Part shown: one piece after another, positions 26,715 through 39,383 of the stretch
How the letters are laid out: every line of letters starts with the position of its first letter
Position numbering within the stretch: position 1 is the stretch's first letter
Assembly: GCA_003971905.1 (NCBI GenBank)
Contig: RSEE01000058.1
Span: 124,001-188,000 of the forward strand
Direction of reading: 5' to 3'
Length of the DNA: 64,000 nt
Source: Moniliella sp. 'wahieum'
Taxonomy: Eukaryota
The notes under the pieces: generated by a model
What the model saw: the letters and a program-made list of their open reading frames with translations, nothing else
Databases searched by the model: none
Told to the model about the DNA's origin: nothing
Translations under genes and position numbers: made by a program

Positions 26715-27626
26715 TTATTGAGTTTGGGGTCCGTACCCCCTCAAGCCCTCGGCAAAGCCCCATTCGGTCTCGTTCGACTTGGGGACCTCGTCAATCTCGA
26801 CCCCTTCCTTGGTGGCCTTGGCAAAGATGAACCGGTTGATCGAGCGGGCATCGCGGTAAAACAGGATCCGGAGACAATCTTGCAGGACCTGTTTCGCCTC
26901 GGCTTCGGTCAATTCGGTTTCACGTCCCACCACGCTCTTGCGCAACAAGGGGATGGCAATGTGCAATCCAAACCCAGTCGCAATCACCGACGAGGTGTAC
27001 GTCGTGCCGAGCAAATCAACAAACCCAAGGAACGACTCTCCTGTCGTTTGGTCCACCCCGCCCAAGACGTAGGCGTTCCAGAGCGGGTTCATCTTGGACC
27101 GTCGTTGGTACATCACCCGGGATAGGTAGGCGTACACTTGGTCTGGCGACAACGGCTGGTCGTCGTCCTCATTCGACTCTTTGATCCTACGAAAGGGGAG
27201 AGGAGAGGAGAGGAGAGGAGAAGTCAGTATCCACCTTGCAACTCCACTTCCCCCTCGACAACCAACGGAGGAGACAAGGGGACGGGACGTACATGAGCTT
27301 CTCCAGCATGGTTTGGGTGTACTGAAAGTCGGACATGTCCCCGCTCGCACCGAGGATGGTGTTGGCGCCCACATTGACGATGCGGCGAATGTCCATGAAC
27401 CGAGCCAGGGAGCCATACGAAGCAAGGGTGTCGGCCGCAAGCAAAACGCCGTCCTTGACTTGATGCCGAGCACCGACGTGCCCGTCACGATCGGTTGCTG
27501 AGTATGCTGCACGCCTTCGGCAAAGCTGTCATTGGCACCGGCGCGGGCATAGTCAGGACCAGCGACGGTGCGGGGGGTGGAGGACCAGGCCTGGCCAGGG
27601 AAGTGCGAGGGGGTGGTGAACTGCAT
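26715..27626 (-). CDS. PRE4: 20S proteasome beta7 subunit
   Basis: HTQQPIVTGTSVLGIK, LAADTLASYGSLARF, GASGDMSDFQ, MYQRRSKMNPLWN, ATGFGLHIAIPLLR, LFYRDARS, GYGPQTQ*. Intron 27292-27187. Confidence 0.95.
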   Translation of the reverse strand: MQFTTPSHFPGQAWSSTPRTVAGPDYARAGANDSFAEGVQHTQQPIVTGTSVLGIKSRTAFCLRPTPLLRMAPWLGSWTFAASSMWAPTPSSVRAGTCPTFSTPKPCWRSSCTSRPLVSSVGCRGGSGVARWILTSPLLSSPLPFRRIKESNEDDDQPLSPDQVYAYLSRVMYQRRSKMNPLWNAYVLGGVDQTTGESFLGFVDLLGTTYTSSVIATGFGLHIAIPLLRKSVVGRETELTEAEAKQVLQDCLRILFYRDARSINRFIFAKATKEGVEIDEVPKSNETEWGFAEGLRGYGPQTQ

Positions 27627-28639
27627 GTGGTGGCCGTGGGCAGTGATGGTGGGGCTGGGCCTGAACACTTGGCCACACTTGGGCCAGCAGCCACACGCGT
27701 CGTCACCAGCCGAGCGGAATTAAGTCGGCGAGGGCGGGGCCACCCACACAGGTCACATGACCTGACCGATGCGACTCGCCAATGAAATCAGTAATCATCG
27801 ATCAGGGATCACCGATCAGACCCAGGCAAGGGCAGGGGCTAACGGCAAACCCAGCAACGCACACGTCCCCTTCCCCACCGTGTGGGCGCAGCCGCTCGTC
27901 ACCGCCAATAGCCGTCCGGTGAAGGCATCTGGGCGGCCATGCTGGCGTCCAGGCACGCCTCCTCCCTCCGTGCCCCCATCCATGGCCCACATCGCAGACG
28001 ACGCAGACGGCAGTTGTGGTGGAACGTAGGACACACAAGCCCGGGAGCCGACAGAGTATATTGTAGTGCATACTTATACGTCCGCCGACATGCGCCCAGC
28101 GCCCCTCCCTGGTGGCATGCGAGCGAAAGCGGCATGACATGCATGAGGGTCTCCGCTCAACTGAGCACCACGCCCTTTGCCACATCTCTCCCGGTATGTA
28201 TCCCCCCCACTGGTATATATACGTCGGCGCCTGCTCAGCGCTCACTCTCGCTTCTGCCGCACAATTGCTCCCCCTCCTAGCTCACAACCCCTGTGTGTGG
28301 CTCTTCCGCTGTTCCATCGACCCCCTCCGCTCCGCCAAATGACCCCGATGGCGTTTGTACTTTACCCGTGCAAGCGAGCGTGTCCTCTCGTCGCAGCAGG
28401 TGCGCCTCGCCTCTGCGACATGCACCTCCTTGCTCCGTCCCAGCGTAGCCGTGACGCCCCGGACCGTGCCGCGTCCGTCCCGACCAAGCACTTTTGCTCC
28501 TATTCCACCGCACCTTCTTCCCCGATTCCCCGATTCCCCGATTCCTACCTCGCCCCACTTGGCAGGCATGCCTTACCCCCCCTCGTCTCTTGGCCTCGTT
28601 TGCCACGCAGGCCACTAGCCTGCCTGATCCGCGGAAAAG

Positions 28640-29775
28640 GACCTTGCCATCCCCAGGACGGCAGTCAAGGCCGTCTTTGACAAGAAGGGCGGGCCGTGTC
28701 GCATGGTGACCTACGACCCCTCCCAGATCCAACTCCAGCCCGGCCAAGTCTTGGTCCGCATCACCTACACCGGCGTCTGCCACACGTGCGTTTTCCCTTC
28801 TCGTCCTCTTTGAAACACGGATATAAGTATTGACGTGCCTATAAAAACAGGGACTTGCACGCCATGTTGGGCGACTGGCCGCTGCCCACCAAAGTGGAGA
28901 CGACAGGCGAGCCACTGGTGGGTGGCCACGAAGGCGCGGGGGTGGTAGTCAAGATAGCTGAGGGCGCAGACGCACATGTCGCGCTGGGCGACCGGGTGGG
29001 GATCAAGTGGGTGGCAAGTGCGTGTTTGAACTGCGACGAGTGCCGTGTAGGCCACGAATCGACCTGCATCGAGATCCAAAACTCTGGGTACCATGTCGAT
29101 GGTACCTTCCAACAGTATGTCGTTGCCCCAGCCAACTATGTGACGCCCATCCCGGATGCATTGCGCTTGCAGGACGCTGCGCCCATCCTCTGTGCCGGCG
29201 TGACGATTTACCGTGCGCTGCTCGAGGCTCAGCTGCCAGGCCAGTGGGTCGTCCTTCCCGGGGCAGGCGGTGGACTGGGGCACTTGGGTGTGCAGTATGC
29301 CACTGCGTTTGGGTACCGTGTTCTTGCCATTGACACGGGCGAAGAGAAGAAGGCGCTCAAGCAGCTCGGGGCAGAAGCTTGGATCGACTTTAACCAGTCC
29401 AAGGACCTTGTGGCCGACGTGAAGGCTATCACGGGCGGGGCAGGCGCCCATGCGTCCGTGGTGGCTGCCGCTTCGCCTCAGGCGTATGAACAAGCGTTGG
29501 CTTACCTCCGTCCCCATGGCACCCTTGTTTCGGTAGGTATGCCCCCTGACACCACCATCCAGGCCGACGTGTTTGACACCACTGTCAGCGCAAAGCGGAT
29601 CGTTGGTTCGATTGTGGGCAATCGACAAGACGCGATTGAGGCTCTGCGTATTGCCGCACTGGGAAAAGTCAAGGTCATTTACCACACCAGGGGTCTAACC
29701 GAACTGAATGAAGTCTATAAGGCCATGCAAGAGGGAAAGTTGGCCGGTCGCATCGTTCTCGATGTCGACAAATAA
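28640..29775 (+). CDS. ADH1: Zn-dependent alcohol dehydrogenase (yeast Adh1 type)
   Basis: VRITYTGVCHT|DLHA (intron 28786-28850); GGHEGAGVVV; CLNCDECRVGHESTC; APILCAGVT; GAGGGLGHLGVQYA; GRIVLD. The start codon was not resolved and probably lies further upstream. Confidence 0.9.
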
Positions 29776-31022
29776 AGTTATATCTTACACACACAAAAAC
29801 GCGCTGCACCTATCTCTGCTTTTCTAGTTTTTGATCTGAGAAAGACCCCTCACCTTCTTTCTGTACACTTTATCCACCCGACCTGCTGTCCCACGCTTCG
29901 AGAAATGACTAACGATTAACCAATCCAGAGTCCCAGGGCGTTGACTTTGTCAGGTGTTCTGAAGTAGAGGGGAGGGTGGATATGTGCGACCGTCAGAGGA
30001 CCACACGTTTCGACCTTTGTTTGACGGGGATGACATGGATGAAGAGCCCCACGACAAACCACAAACAAGCGAGGTTGTATCTGCATCATGGGCTGGTTAG
30101 TGTTACGATCCCTCCTGTGCCGTATGATCACCAGTCCCGCAGTCGGTTCATTTTGGTACATTTGAAGCACAGAAAAAGACTGTCGCTGCTCGCAAAGTGG
30201 CTGAGTCGGACCAAACCAAAGCCGGCATGGCGAGTCGAATTCGCATAGCCAAAATAAGTTGAGCAAACTCTTAACCGCTTCTCTTGTCACTTGATAAAAT
30301 ATTCCTGCCGAGGACCACGACATTCGTTCGAAACACAAGTCGACCGTCAGGCTGATTCTACAGCTTCAAGGACGGGTTGGTACTACGTGTGGGCCCAGGC
30401 CCAGGGCGTGGGCATAATCTTTACCATATGTAAGGGCTGTACATATGAGCATGCTTTTCTCTTTTCTGCTTCCAAAGACACAAACTCGTACCTTTACGTT
30501 CCGTCATGTAGCTCCAATGTTACTGCTATCTTCCTTCAGGTCTCGAGACCCTTCCATAATTGACGTAGTTGGATGTCTCAACCCTCATCGCTAGTAGATA
30601 TGCATTGGGGAACTACGATCGACTGTTGGATACTTTGGTCGCGCTGGTGCTGACGACGGAGGCGACGGCTACGCCTCAGAAAAACGCGTTGCTGGCCCAG
30701 AACATCTTTTTGCTTCAGCCCGTTGCTCTTGCCGGCTGTAGAGGATTATGGGGGTTGCACACACACCAACCTTTTGGCGATTGAGTGCCCAGTTCATTCA
30801 TCTCAGGTGTTCTCGCCCCCACTGCGCTTTCAGTGTGTTGCCTCTCTTCTGCGTCCCCTCTGTCTCCACTCTGCCCCGCTTCCAAAAAAAACAAGCGTTG
30901 CCCCACATCGCGTCTATATGTACATCACATGAGGTCACAAGGAAGAAGTGGATATAAGCAGGGCCACGGATTCACAGTGCCGTCCGATACACAGCATGCG
31001 CGCTGGCAAGCGACACCAATAT

Positions 31023-33321
31023 CTACCGCACAAAAGGCAAGAAGCAAACACGCCAAAGAACAAAACACAGCAAACAAGTGCATGGGAGTGATAGGGCTAG
31101 AAAGGATGATAAGGCCTTAGGCGGCCACGGCCGCAGGAGCGACCTGCTAAACAGATGAGGCTCCGCCTGCCGCAGCTCCTCCAGCCTCTGTTCCCACTTG
31201 GGGACGAGCAACAGCTCATGCTCCAGCCGCTGCTTCTCTTCCTGCAGCGCCAAGCGACGCTCGGCATCCAGCTCCGTGAAGACATAGTGTCCCTGTCCGT
31301 CAAACTGGAGGACGACCTTGTGGTACTTCCACAACGAGGGGCGGTGCGAGACAGTCATCATGGTGATGCCCAACTGCGTCGCATACTCGTACATGGCCCG
31401 TTCCACGTCAAACGACACGGCCGAGTGCACTCGTCCAGGATGGCGTACTTGGGTGCATGGTAGAACAGACGCGCCATGGCAATCCGCTGCTTGTCCCCGC
31501 CCGACAGACCGGCGTTCCAGTCCTGCAAACTGTCAACCCACCCTCACGGGACGAGGTGGTCCACATCCACTACCTTGAGTGCCGTGCGCAGGTCGTCGTC
31601 GGTCACCCCCTTCTTGCGCATCTCAGCCTCCGTGTCCGGGTAGATGACTTGGTCGCGCAGCGTACCGTGACATAGGTAGGGGCGTTGAGGAATGTAGGTA
31701 AACTCGGAGCTGGGCGGCTTGGAGACCGTGCCACCATAGACGGGCCAAAGGCCACCCAAGATACGGAAGAGGGAGGACTTACCGCACCCGTTGGGCCCGA
31801 CAATGAGAGCAAGTGCTGACCTGGCTGCACCTCGAATGACAGCTTGGACACCAACACGTCACCATTGGGTGACACGATGGGCACATCGGTGAACTTGACC
31901 GACTCGCCCAACGTGATCGTGCCGCGCTGGGAGAGAATCTTGCGGTGGTCTTCCAATGCGCCCTGGTCGGAGGAGACGAGGGCCTTGACATAATGTCCCT
32001 TGCGTACATCCTCCACCACATCCAGCAAGTCGGATACCCGCGCCGTGTACCCAGCCAGCTCCGAAAGGTTTTTGTACGACTGCATAAACCGGCCAAACGC
32101 ATCCGAGTTGCTCAGCAGCAGACGGCGGTTGGTCACAAAGGATTCGGTCCGATCCCAGGTTGGCCTTCTTGCTCGGGCCCATACCCGGCAGGGGGATCTT
32201 GGCAAACACAGGTACTGCGCATACCACCAACCCGATCGAACCCCAGAGCCATTTGATGATACCTTCTTCCACCATGCCGTGGCCTACGCGAACGCGGTAG
32301 ATGCGGTTGACGTGCTTGATCAGTGCAAAGTACGCCCGCTCAATCACGTTCTTCTCGGCAAACTCGCCCCGGAGCAAAGCAATCTCTTCGGCATTGTCGA
32401 TGATGCGCGCATGGGCAAATCGGAAGTCGCCTTCCAGAGCTTGCTCTTCCGCTGCATACGCACCAAAGGGGGGCGTAAGCTTGCGCAGGAGGAACGCCGA
32501 GCGGTTGACGAGGAAGGTCATTGCCACCAAGGCCTCACCTCCGACCGTATGGGAGAGCTGGTACGAGTAGAGGCACACATCCAGCACTGGCTTGGCCACG
32601 TTTCCCCACATCTCGGCCAAGCTCGCTGAGAACTTGGCAATGTCGACGGTGATGAGCTGATCAGCGTTGCGCACACGGTCGTCCAGGTTGCCAAGCTGGT
32701 AGAAAGCACGGGTCTTGTCGTCCAGATAGGCCTCTTGAACCTTGGTGGTCAGCGCCGTGCGGTAGGCCAAGGCCAAGCTGGACTGGAGATAGTCGATCAT
32801 CGAGTTGGTGTACGTTGCCGGCACAGCGACCGCAAGCCAGGCGGCAATGCCCATGAGGAACTGTTTGGGCTTGCGCCGCACCAGCGCCGCCACGATGCGG
32901 CCGTCGAGATCTGCGACGTAGAGACTGAGCATGGTGCGGAACACAAGGAAGGCCGAGTGGAGCATGAGCAGGATGGCCGCGCGCGACTTGAGGCCGGGGA
33001 GGACAATGCGCAGAATGCGGCCGAGACGCTCAAAGAAGACATCGTCCACGGCCACGCGGGGGCGCCGCGGGAGGGCGTGGCGGGCTTGGCGGGTTGGGCA
33101 GCGACGTCGGACGCGGCGGCGGCGGGACGCTTGCGGCGGGCCTTGGGGGGCTTGAAGGTGAAGTAGGTGCCGATGAGGATGAAGGCGATGTAGCCGCCGC
33201 CCCAGGCGCGGCGGATGGCGGTCTGGTGGGTGGCGTACCACATGCCAAAGCGCAGGGCGCGGGACAGGGCGCGGTCGCGGGCGCCGGCGCCCCAGGCAGC
33301 GAGCGTGCTCTGGACAGCCAT
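31023..33321 (-). CDS. PXA2: Peroxisomal ABC half-transporter, subfamily D (Pxa2-like)
   Basis: [35 protein letters not shown] motif [27 protein letters not shown], Walker [28 protein letters not shown]. Frameshifted; 3' end uncertain. Confidence 0.88.
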
Positions 33322-33572
33322 GGGGGAGAACGCCAGCAGAAGCGACGGGCTGGAGGTGTGGGTGGCCGCGCTTAGGCTACGACTAACCATAACCATCCAC
33401 GGCCCACACCGGCCCGGCTGCATTCACGCTGGCAGCCGGCGGCTGCAACTTTCAACTCCCGCCTTCCCCCGGTCACGTGCCCCCGCGGCGCCCTTCCGCT
33501 TCCGCCCTGGCCTTCGCATTTTTCCAGCCACGCCCAGCTGGCGCTGCCCTCTGGTCCACAAGTACGAACACC

Positions 33573-35268
33573 ATGTCCCGCGCCCGCCCGCCAAGGCCGC
33601 CGCCCCGACGACGGCCTGAGCGACCAGGAGCGGCAGGTGTACGACACCATCGCCGCCCGCCCGGCGGCGCCATCACCTCCGCCGAGCTCGCCTCCGTCTT
33701 CAGCTCGCTCAAGGGCGAGGAGCGCGTGCAGCTGATCAACAAGCTCTCCCGCAAACATCTTCTCACCGCCGAACGGCTCCAGTCCGGCGTGCGCTGGACG
33801 GTGGTCGACAAGAACGAGGCTCTGCTCGTTGGCTCTCTCTCGGCCGACGAGCGGATGATTTTCTCCGTCATCCGCGACGCTGGCAACGAGGGCATCTGGT
33901 CCCGCCATGTCAAGGACCGCACAGGCCTCCACACCACCATCGTGACCAAAGTGCTGAAGAACTTGGAGAACCAGCGCTATGTCAAGATTGTCAAATCGGT
34001 CAAATTTCCCACCAGAAAGATCTACATGCTGGCGTCTCTGCAGCCGTCGGCCGAGTTGTCGGGGGGACCGTGGTACTCCGACACGGAGCTGGACGTTGAG
34101 TTCATCACCACCCTCTCCAAGTTGTGTGAGGGCTTTATTGCCTCGCGCACCTTCCCTCCGCCCTCTTCCGATGGCCAGCTGTTCCCGCCGGATGGTTGGA
34201 GAAGAAGCTGCCCACCGCGGAGGAAATCCACCAACACATCAAACAATCCCGTGTGGTCAATACCCAGATTGGGGTGGAGCACATTACCCAAATCCTCAAC
34301 ACACTGGTGTACGATGGCAAGGTCGAACGTTTCCCCTCGATGTTTGGCCGGCCTACGCGTTCCGGATCGAGGAACGATGAGAGCGAGTATGAGTCCGAGT
34401 CTGAATCTGGGTCGGGTCTGGGTCTGGGTCCGAGTCGACCTCCCACTCTGAATCTGAAACTGCCTCCGAATCAACTCAAGCTCCGAGACGGAAGGACGGA
34501 AGCGCAAGCGCACCAGTAACAAGTTGCGCACCCGCAGCAGCAGGAGTAGGAGTCGAAGTAAATCCCGCTCGAAGCGACACAGGTCGTCCCGCTCTCGCTC
34601 CAAGCGGAAAGATTCGGACGAGTCGGGATCCGAGACAAGCTCTGCGTCCGAATCCGAGTCGGACAGCAACCGTCGTGCTCGCTCCCGCTCCCGGTCCTTG
34701 TCCAAGTCGAAAAAGTCTAGTTCCAAACGAAAAGCCCGCCCGATTTCGGACGACTCGGAGGAGGAAGTGGAGGCGCAACCCCCCCCGGGGCTGACTTGTA
34801 CGTCTACCGCACTCTGCGGCAGTGGAAAGGATCCGCGTCCTCCACGGTGCTACAAGAAGGAACCGGGTACGCGCTTGCCTATACACTGGGGCTTGGCCTG
34901 GAGGAGGAAGTGGTGGATGAGCTGGAGACCGAGGTTAAGGCTTCCCTGGCCCAGTCCGACTCGACTGGTTTGGCTGTCAGCCAGATTCCTTGTGGTTCTT
35001 CTTCTGCTGGGGAATTTTGTTCCCAGGGTGGAACCACGACCGCGGAGGAGTGTCCCCACTTTGCCTCCTGGCTGGAAGCGGGGTGGAAAGCACGGGTGTC
35101 GCGGATTTCCAAGGCCAAGGCAACGGTGCGGGAACGGACAATGCCGACCAGTGTGGTGCCAGAAGAAAATGGCGATGGCGACGCCGATGCGGAGGCCGAG
35201 GGCCTAGAGGAGGGGGGGAGCAGGAGCAGGAGGACTACGAGATGCAGGAGGATGCGGGGTACGAGTGA
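33573..35268 (+). CDS. RPC34: RNA polymerase III subunit C34 (Rpc34/RPC6)
   Basis: IRDAGNEGIW, VKSVKFPTRKIYML..LQPS..LSGGPWYSDTELDVEFI, ILNTLVYDGKVE; C-terminal IPCG...FC..GG.....C.HF..WL. Long Ser/Arg insertion; several frameshifts. Confidence 0.9.
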
Positions 35269-35716
35269 GTCGAGCAAAAGAATGAGATACCAGACTTGGG
35301 ATGTAGGCAGAAACGGGAGGGGTAGCCTGCGCTGGTTGAACGTTGATTGATGGGTAGGGCTGCTGCTACACTGGGCGGATCGGCACGTGGTGTGGGACCA
35401 GAATGTTCAAAAAGGGGTGGCGCACCAGGCAGCACCCGCGAGGGTTCGAACACCCGCACACTGGCGCTGCGCCTGCGCCCATCTCGCACAGGCACAGCCG
35501 ATGGGCGCGCTCTGACACACCGCACTGGCCCAGTGTCGCTGGGCGCCTGCAACCCTATGCCGATCAGAGGCAGTGCACAGCACTGGTCGTCAGATCTCAG
35601 ATGCTCTGTTTCGACTGCCCCCAACTCGCCGATCGCGGCCCCCAGAGAGGCGGACCACCACCACCACCGCCCCTTCTTCGCCTTTACCCCCGCCCCTGCG
35701 CCGCCATCGCCCAACG

Positions 35717-36779
35717 ATGCGCATCCCTCCCTCCCTCCTCTCGTCCCTGGGCGTCGCCTTGGCCTTCGTGCTGCAGGTGCATGCCAGTGCCGCTCCCAAG
35801 CAACCGAACCCGACACCACCCCTGCGTCTGCTCCGTATCCAACAACCGTCTGTCCGCCGACCAGAACGCCTTTGTGTCCGCCTGCGACAACCTCCACTAC
35901 TGTGGCACCGACAACAAGTGCCATCCGAATGGGTGCAGGAAAGACGAGTATCCGTTTGGCTATGCGCGCAAATCCGACTGGCCACCCCTCTGCCCTTCCA
36001 ACACCTTCTGTCCCGACGAGCTCGACTCGTGCAAGCCCCTCGTTCCTCTCGGCGGTAGCTGCCAGCTGAACCGGGATGACGAGTGTCAGCCCCCTCCTGA
36101 ATCGCTTGCCGCGCAGGGCGTCAAGTCCATCTGTCTCGAGTTCAAGTGCCAGTACCAGAACCACACTGGAGGCGACAAGTGCACCAATGAGAACACAGTC
36201 TACACGGTCTATGAAACGCCTACCCTCACCTACGGCGACATTATTTCGCGCGACAACTGCCATCCTCGGTTCTACTGCGACGCTCCAACCTTGACCTGCA
36301 TGCTCAAGAAGAACCTGGGGCAACATTGTGCGGCCGACAAGGAGTGCCGCTCCTTCCACTGCGTCGACCACTCGGGTGCGTCCGGATCGCAGCTGTACAA
36401 CAACGATGCGACGGGCGTGTGCAAGGAGCCACCCAACATCCCTTCCAAAACGGGAGCTTGGGTGTATGTGCTGGTAGCACTGGGCCTTGTGGCAGGTGGG
36501 ATTGTACTCTGTTTGGCCCTGCTATACTTGCACACCAACTCGCGCCGGACCCGCAACCGGGAAATCAAGTCTTACTACCAACTCCAGACCCAACTGCGGA
36601 CGACATCCAGAGATGTAGAGGCAGCTAAGGAAACAGTGGCCCAACACACAGCGCCCAACTCACGTGTCCAGAGCCAGTACCACCTCCGCTCCCCCGCCGG
36701 CAGCGCTGCCAACTTGCCCGCCCGTTCGTCCCAGATTGGTCTGACGGGACCCACGTCGCCTCCTGTGCGACGGTACTAA
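35717..36779 (+). CDS. Cys-rich type I membrane protein (signal peptide, Cys-rich ectodomain, one TM helix)
   Basis: Signal-like MRIPPSLLSSLGVALAFVLQVHASA; frameshift near 35820; about 20 Cys (GCRKDEYPFGY, PLCPSNTFCPDE, CQLNRDDEC); TM WVYVLVALGLVAGGIVLCLALLYL; cytosolic tail. Confidence 0.8.
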
Positions 36780-37369
36780 CGCAAACCGTCCATCATCCAC
36801 TTTTTCTTCTTGTTAGCTAGTCCTCCTCCCCTCCTCCCCTCCCGTCCCCTCCCCTCCCCTCTCTGGATGCCTCTCCTTCCTTTTCCCCCCGTGTCCTCTC
36901 GCTCTCGCATCAGCATGTTTTGCACCCGTTTATTCCCCTCGGGTCGTCATGGTCGTCCTCCTTGTGCGAAACATGTGTCCCTGTTGGTCTCGCTCTATCA
37001 AGGCGCTCTCTATACGGGGAAAATGGGAAGGATGTATAGGCGGGACGCGGCCAATAGGTTCTGGCTGGCGGGCATGGACATGGACCGTAGGATTGTCCCC
37101 ATGATGCTCAGGGCCCCACCCAGTGGTCAACCTGATAGAAAACCAACTGCCACACGTGCTGCTGGCGCCAATCCTCTCGCCCGCATGTGGCTTTGTTGAT
37201 CTTTTTATTGGATGCATAGTTGGACTTCAAGGGGAGGACGTTACCGAATAGCGAGCGACCCAGTAACCAAGAAATGTGCTCCGAGGCATGAACCTTGCCG
37301 ATAATCTCTCCGCCTTCAGTTCGTTAACCGGTGTGATCGTGATCCGAGGCGAAGGACCACAGTTTGCCA

Positions 37370-37510
37370 ACTGAAGAGGTTGAGGGGGATGGACGGAACG
37401 CAGAGGGGTCATTAGGAGGTGGTTATAAGACGTTTCTCTTCCCCGCAGGCTACAAGTGCATGTGGGCGTCAATGACCCGTAGCGTTTTGGAAGGGTCGAG
37501 CCTGACAGCC
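37370..37510 (+). mobile_element. Small copia pol SH3-like relic
   Basis: DGRNAEGSLGGGYKTFLFPAGYKCMWASMTRSVLEGS resembles KLDxRAxxGxFxGY....GYKC....TRxxxxS. Confidence 0.35.
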
Positions 37511-37950
37511 AATGATAGCGCGAAATTGCTCAATAGACGGACAACGTTTTGTTTTGGACGAGGTGAGCTGGAATGAGAACCTACTAGTCAAGAAGTCGAA
37601 TAACGCGTTTGTTGCCAACACCAGGATCCGTTACGGGGGTCGCGAGCGGGGTGTCAGGCGGCGCCAACTGAGGGTGGGCTCGGCTGATGCTGCACGCAGC
37701 ATGGCGAATGAAGTCCTTGCTAGATCGCTGGGTCCCACCGATCCCACGGTGGCCTTCAATCCGTGCAATTGATACTCGATATCGAACTGATAATCGTGCT
37801 CTGGCCTCTCAGGCAAGGCAGCTGGGCGAGTTGGGCAAGTGTATATGGTTACGTCAGCGGCCGCAGCCCCCCCTGCCGGCCGCTGCCACCTCCGCCACCT
37901 CGGCCGCCCCGCCACCGCCGCCCGCCGCTGCCCCCCCGCCGTCGGCCGCC

Positions 37951-39029
37951 ATGTCCACCGGCAGCGCTGAGCGCGCCGCGCGCTTCTCCTCGCTGCACGC
38001 CGCCACGCTCCAACTTGTGCAAGAGCGCCAGCGTGCGCGCGGCCTCAACCTACCCGTTGCCGCCGTTGCGCCGACCGAGGCTTTGATCGAGACCAACTTG
38101 GCCCAGCTCGTCGACGCCGCCCAGGGCATAGCCGAGGAGTTGCGCGACACGGACCAGGCCGCTCGTAATGGACGCGTGGCGCTGGCCGAGGTGCGTCAGG
38201 CAGAAGACGATTTGGCAGAAGCCAAGTCCAACCTCACCTCCTTGCTTACCATGCTTGGCACCGACCCTTGGGCCACCGCGTTGCGCACCACCACCAAGGC
38301 TTCGTACGTTTCCCCCTCTGCTTTCCTCTTGCCTTACTGAAGATGCAATTGGGCTGACCAAGGTGTAGATCTGCCCTGCTCAACCCGCCTCCTACCGAGC
38401 CCGCTGCGCTTCCCGTGGAAGGCACGCCCTCCACCCCCACGTCAAGCGGGCCGACGCAGGCCAAAGCGCAACGACCAGACTACTACCATGACGACATTGA
38501 GGATGACGTGGAGGCCAGTGCAGCGTTGCTCCAAAGCCAACAACTGCAGATGGACACTCAAGATGCCCACCTGGACTTGCTTGGACAGAGTATTCAACGG
38601 CAACAGCACCTCAGCCTGCAGATGAACGAGGAATTGGGCCGACAGTACGTCCCCCCCCCCTTCCCTGCTCTCTGCTCTCCTCTCCTCTCGGTATGATGAT
38701 GGGATGCTAACATTCTAACGTTTCCTCCCCCGCGCCCCCATTAGCTCGGAACTGTTGGACAGCTTGGACAGCGCAGTGGACAATACAGCCTCAGGGTTGA
38801 GTTCGGCCCACCGGAGGTTAGATACGTTCCGCCGCGCTTCGCGAGAACATGGTACGTCCTCTCTTCTCTTCCCTTCCCTTCTCTTCCCTTGCCTGCCTTT
38901 CCTTTCCCTTGCCATGGGCCGCTGGCTGCTGGGGTGCGACGAGGAAACTGATTGTGTCGGACCAGGAACAAGTTTACGATTGTTGGGCTGATTATTCTGC
39001 TCATTTTGATCATTGCACTGGTCAAGTGA
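37951..39029 (+). CDS. SYN8: Qc-SNARE, syntaxin-8-like
   Basis: N-terminal TLQLVQERQR; SNARE motif QQLQMDTQDAHLDLLGQSIQRQQHLSLQMNEELGR|HSELLDSLD; C-terminal TM IVGLIILLILIIALVK*. Introns 38304-38368, 38645-38744 and 38852-38965. Confidence 0.85.
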
Positions 39030-39383
39030 GGGAGGGAGAGGGGGTTCCAACGGTTTGTCGATCTGTACGATGTCCCGGTACCATTCCCCCCCGCGCCCTT
39101 CTTTAGGGGGGTTGAGGGGGGGGGTATTGTGATGAATCCAAAGCGTGTTTAGAATACATTTTTGCCTTGCCAAGTCTAGGACACGGTGTGTCCACCAAGA
39201 GAGGAGAGGGTGGGTGAGAGAGACAGGGTGGGTAGGGGGCATCGAAGCGAGGGTGAGATGTGGTGGTAAGGAGGGGAGAGAGCGGGAAAGAGGGGAGAGG
39301 AACGGGAAGGAGGGGAGAGGAGCGGAAAGGAGAGGATGGGATGGGAAGGGTAGGGTAGGGCAGGGCAGATGAAAAACGCGAGT

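Noticed and set aside
27626..27700. GTGGCCAAG as an Rpn4/PACE-like site at PRE4
   Set aside because: Poor match to GGTGGCAAA and likely inside the 5' UTR.
29900..30900. Possible further copia RNase H relics (MCDRQ..., SRTGWYYVWA)
   Set aside because: Matches are weak and not in the expected order.
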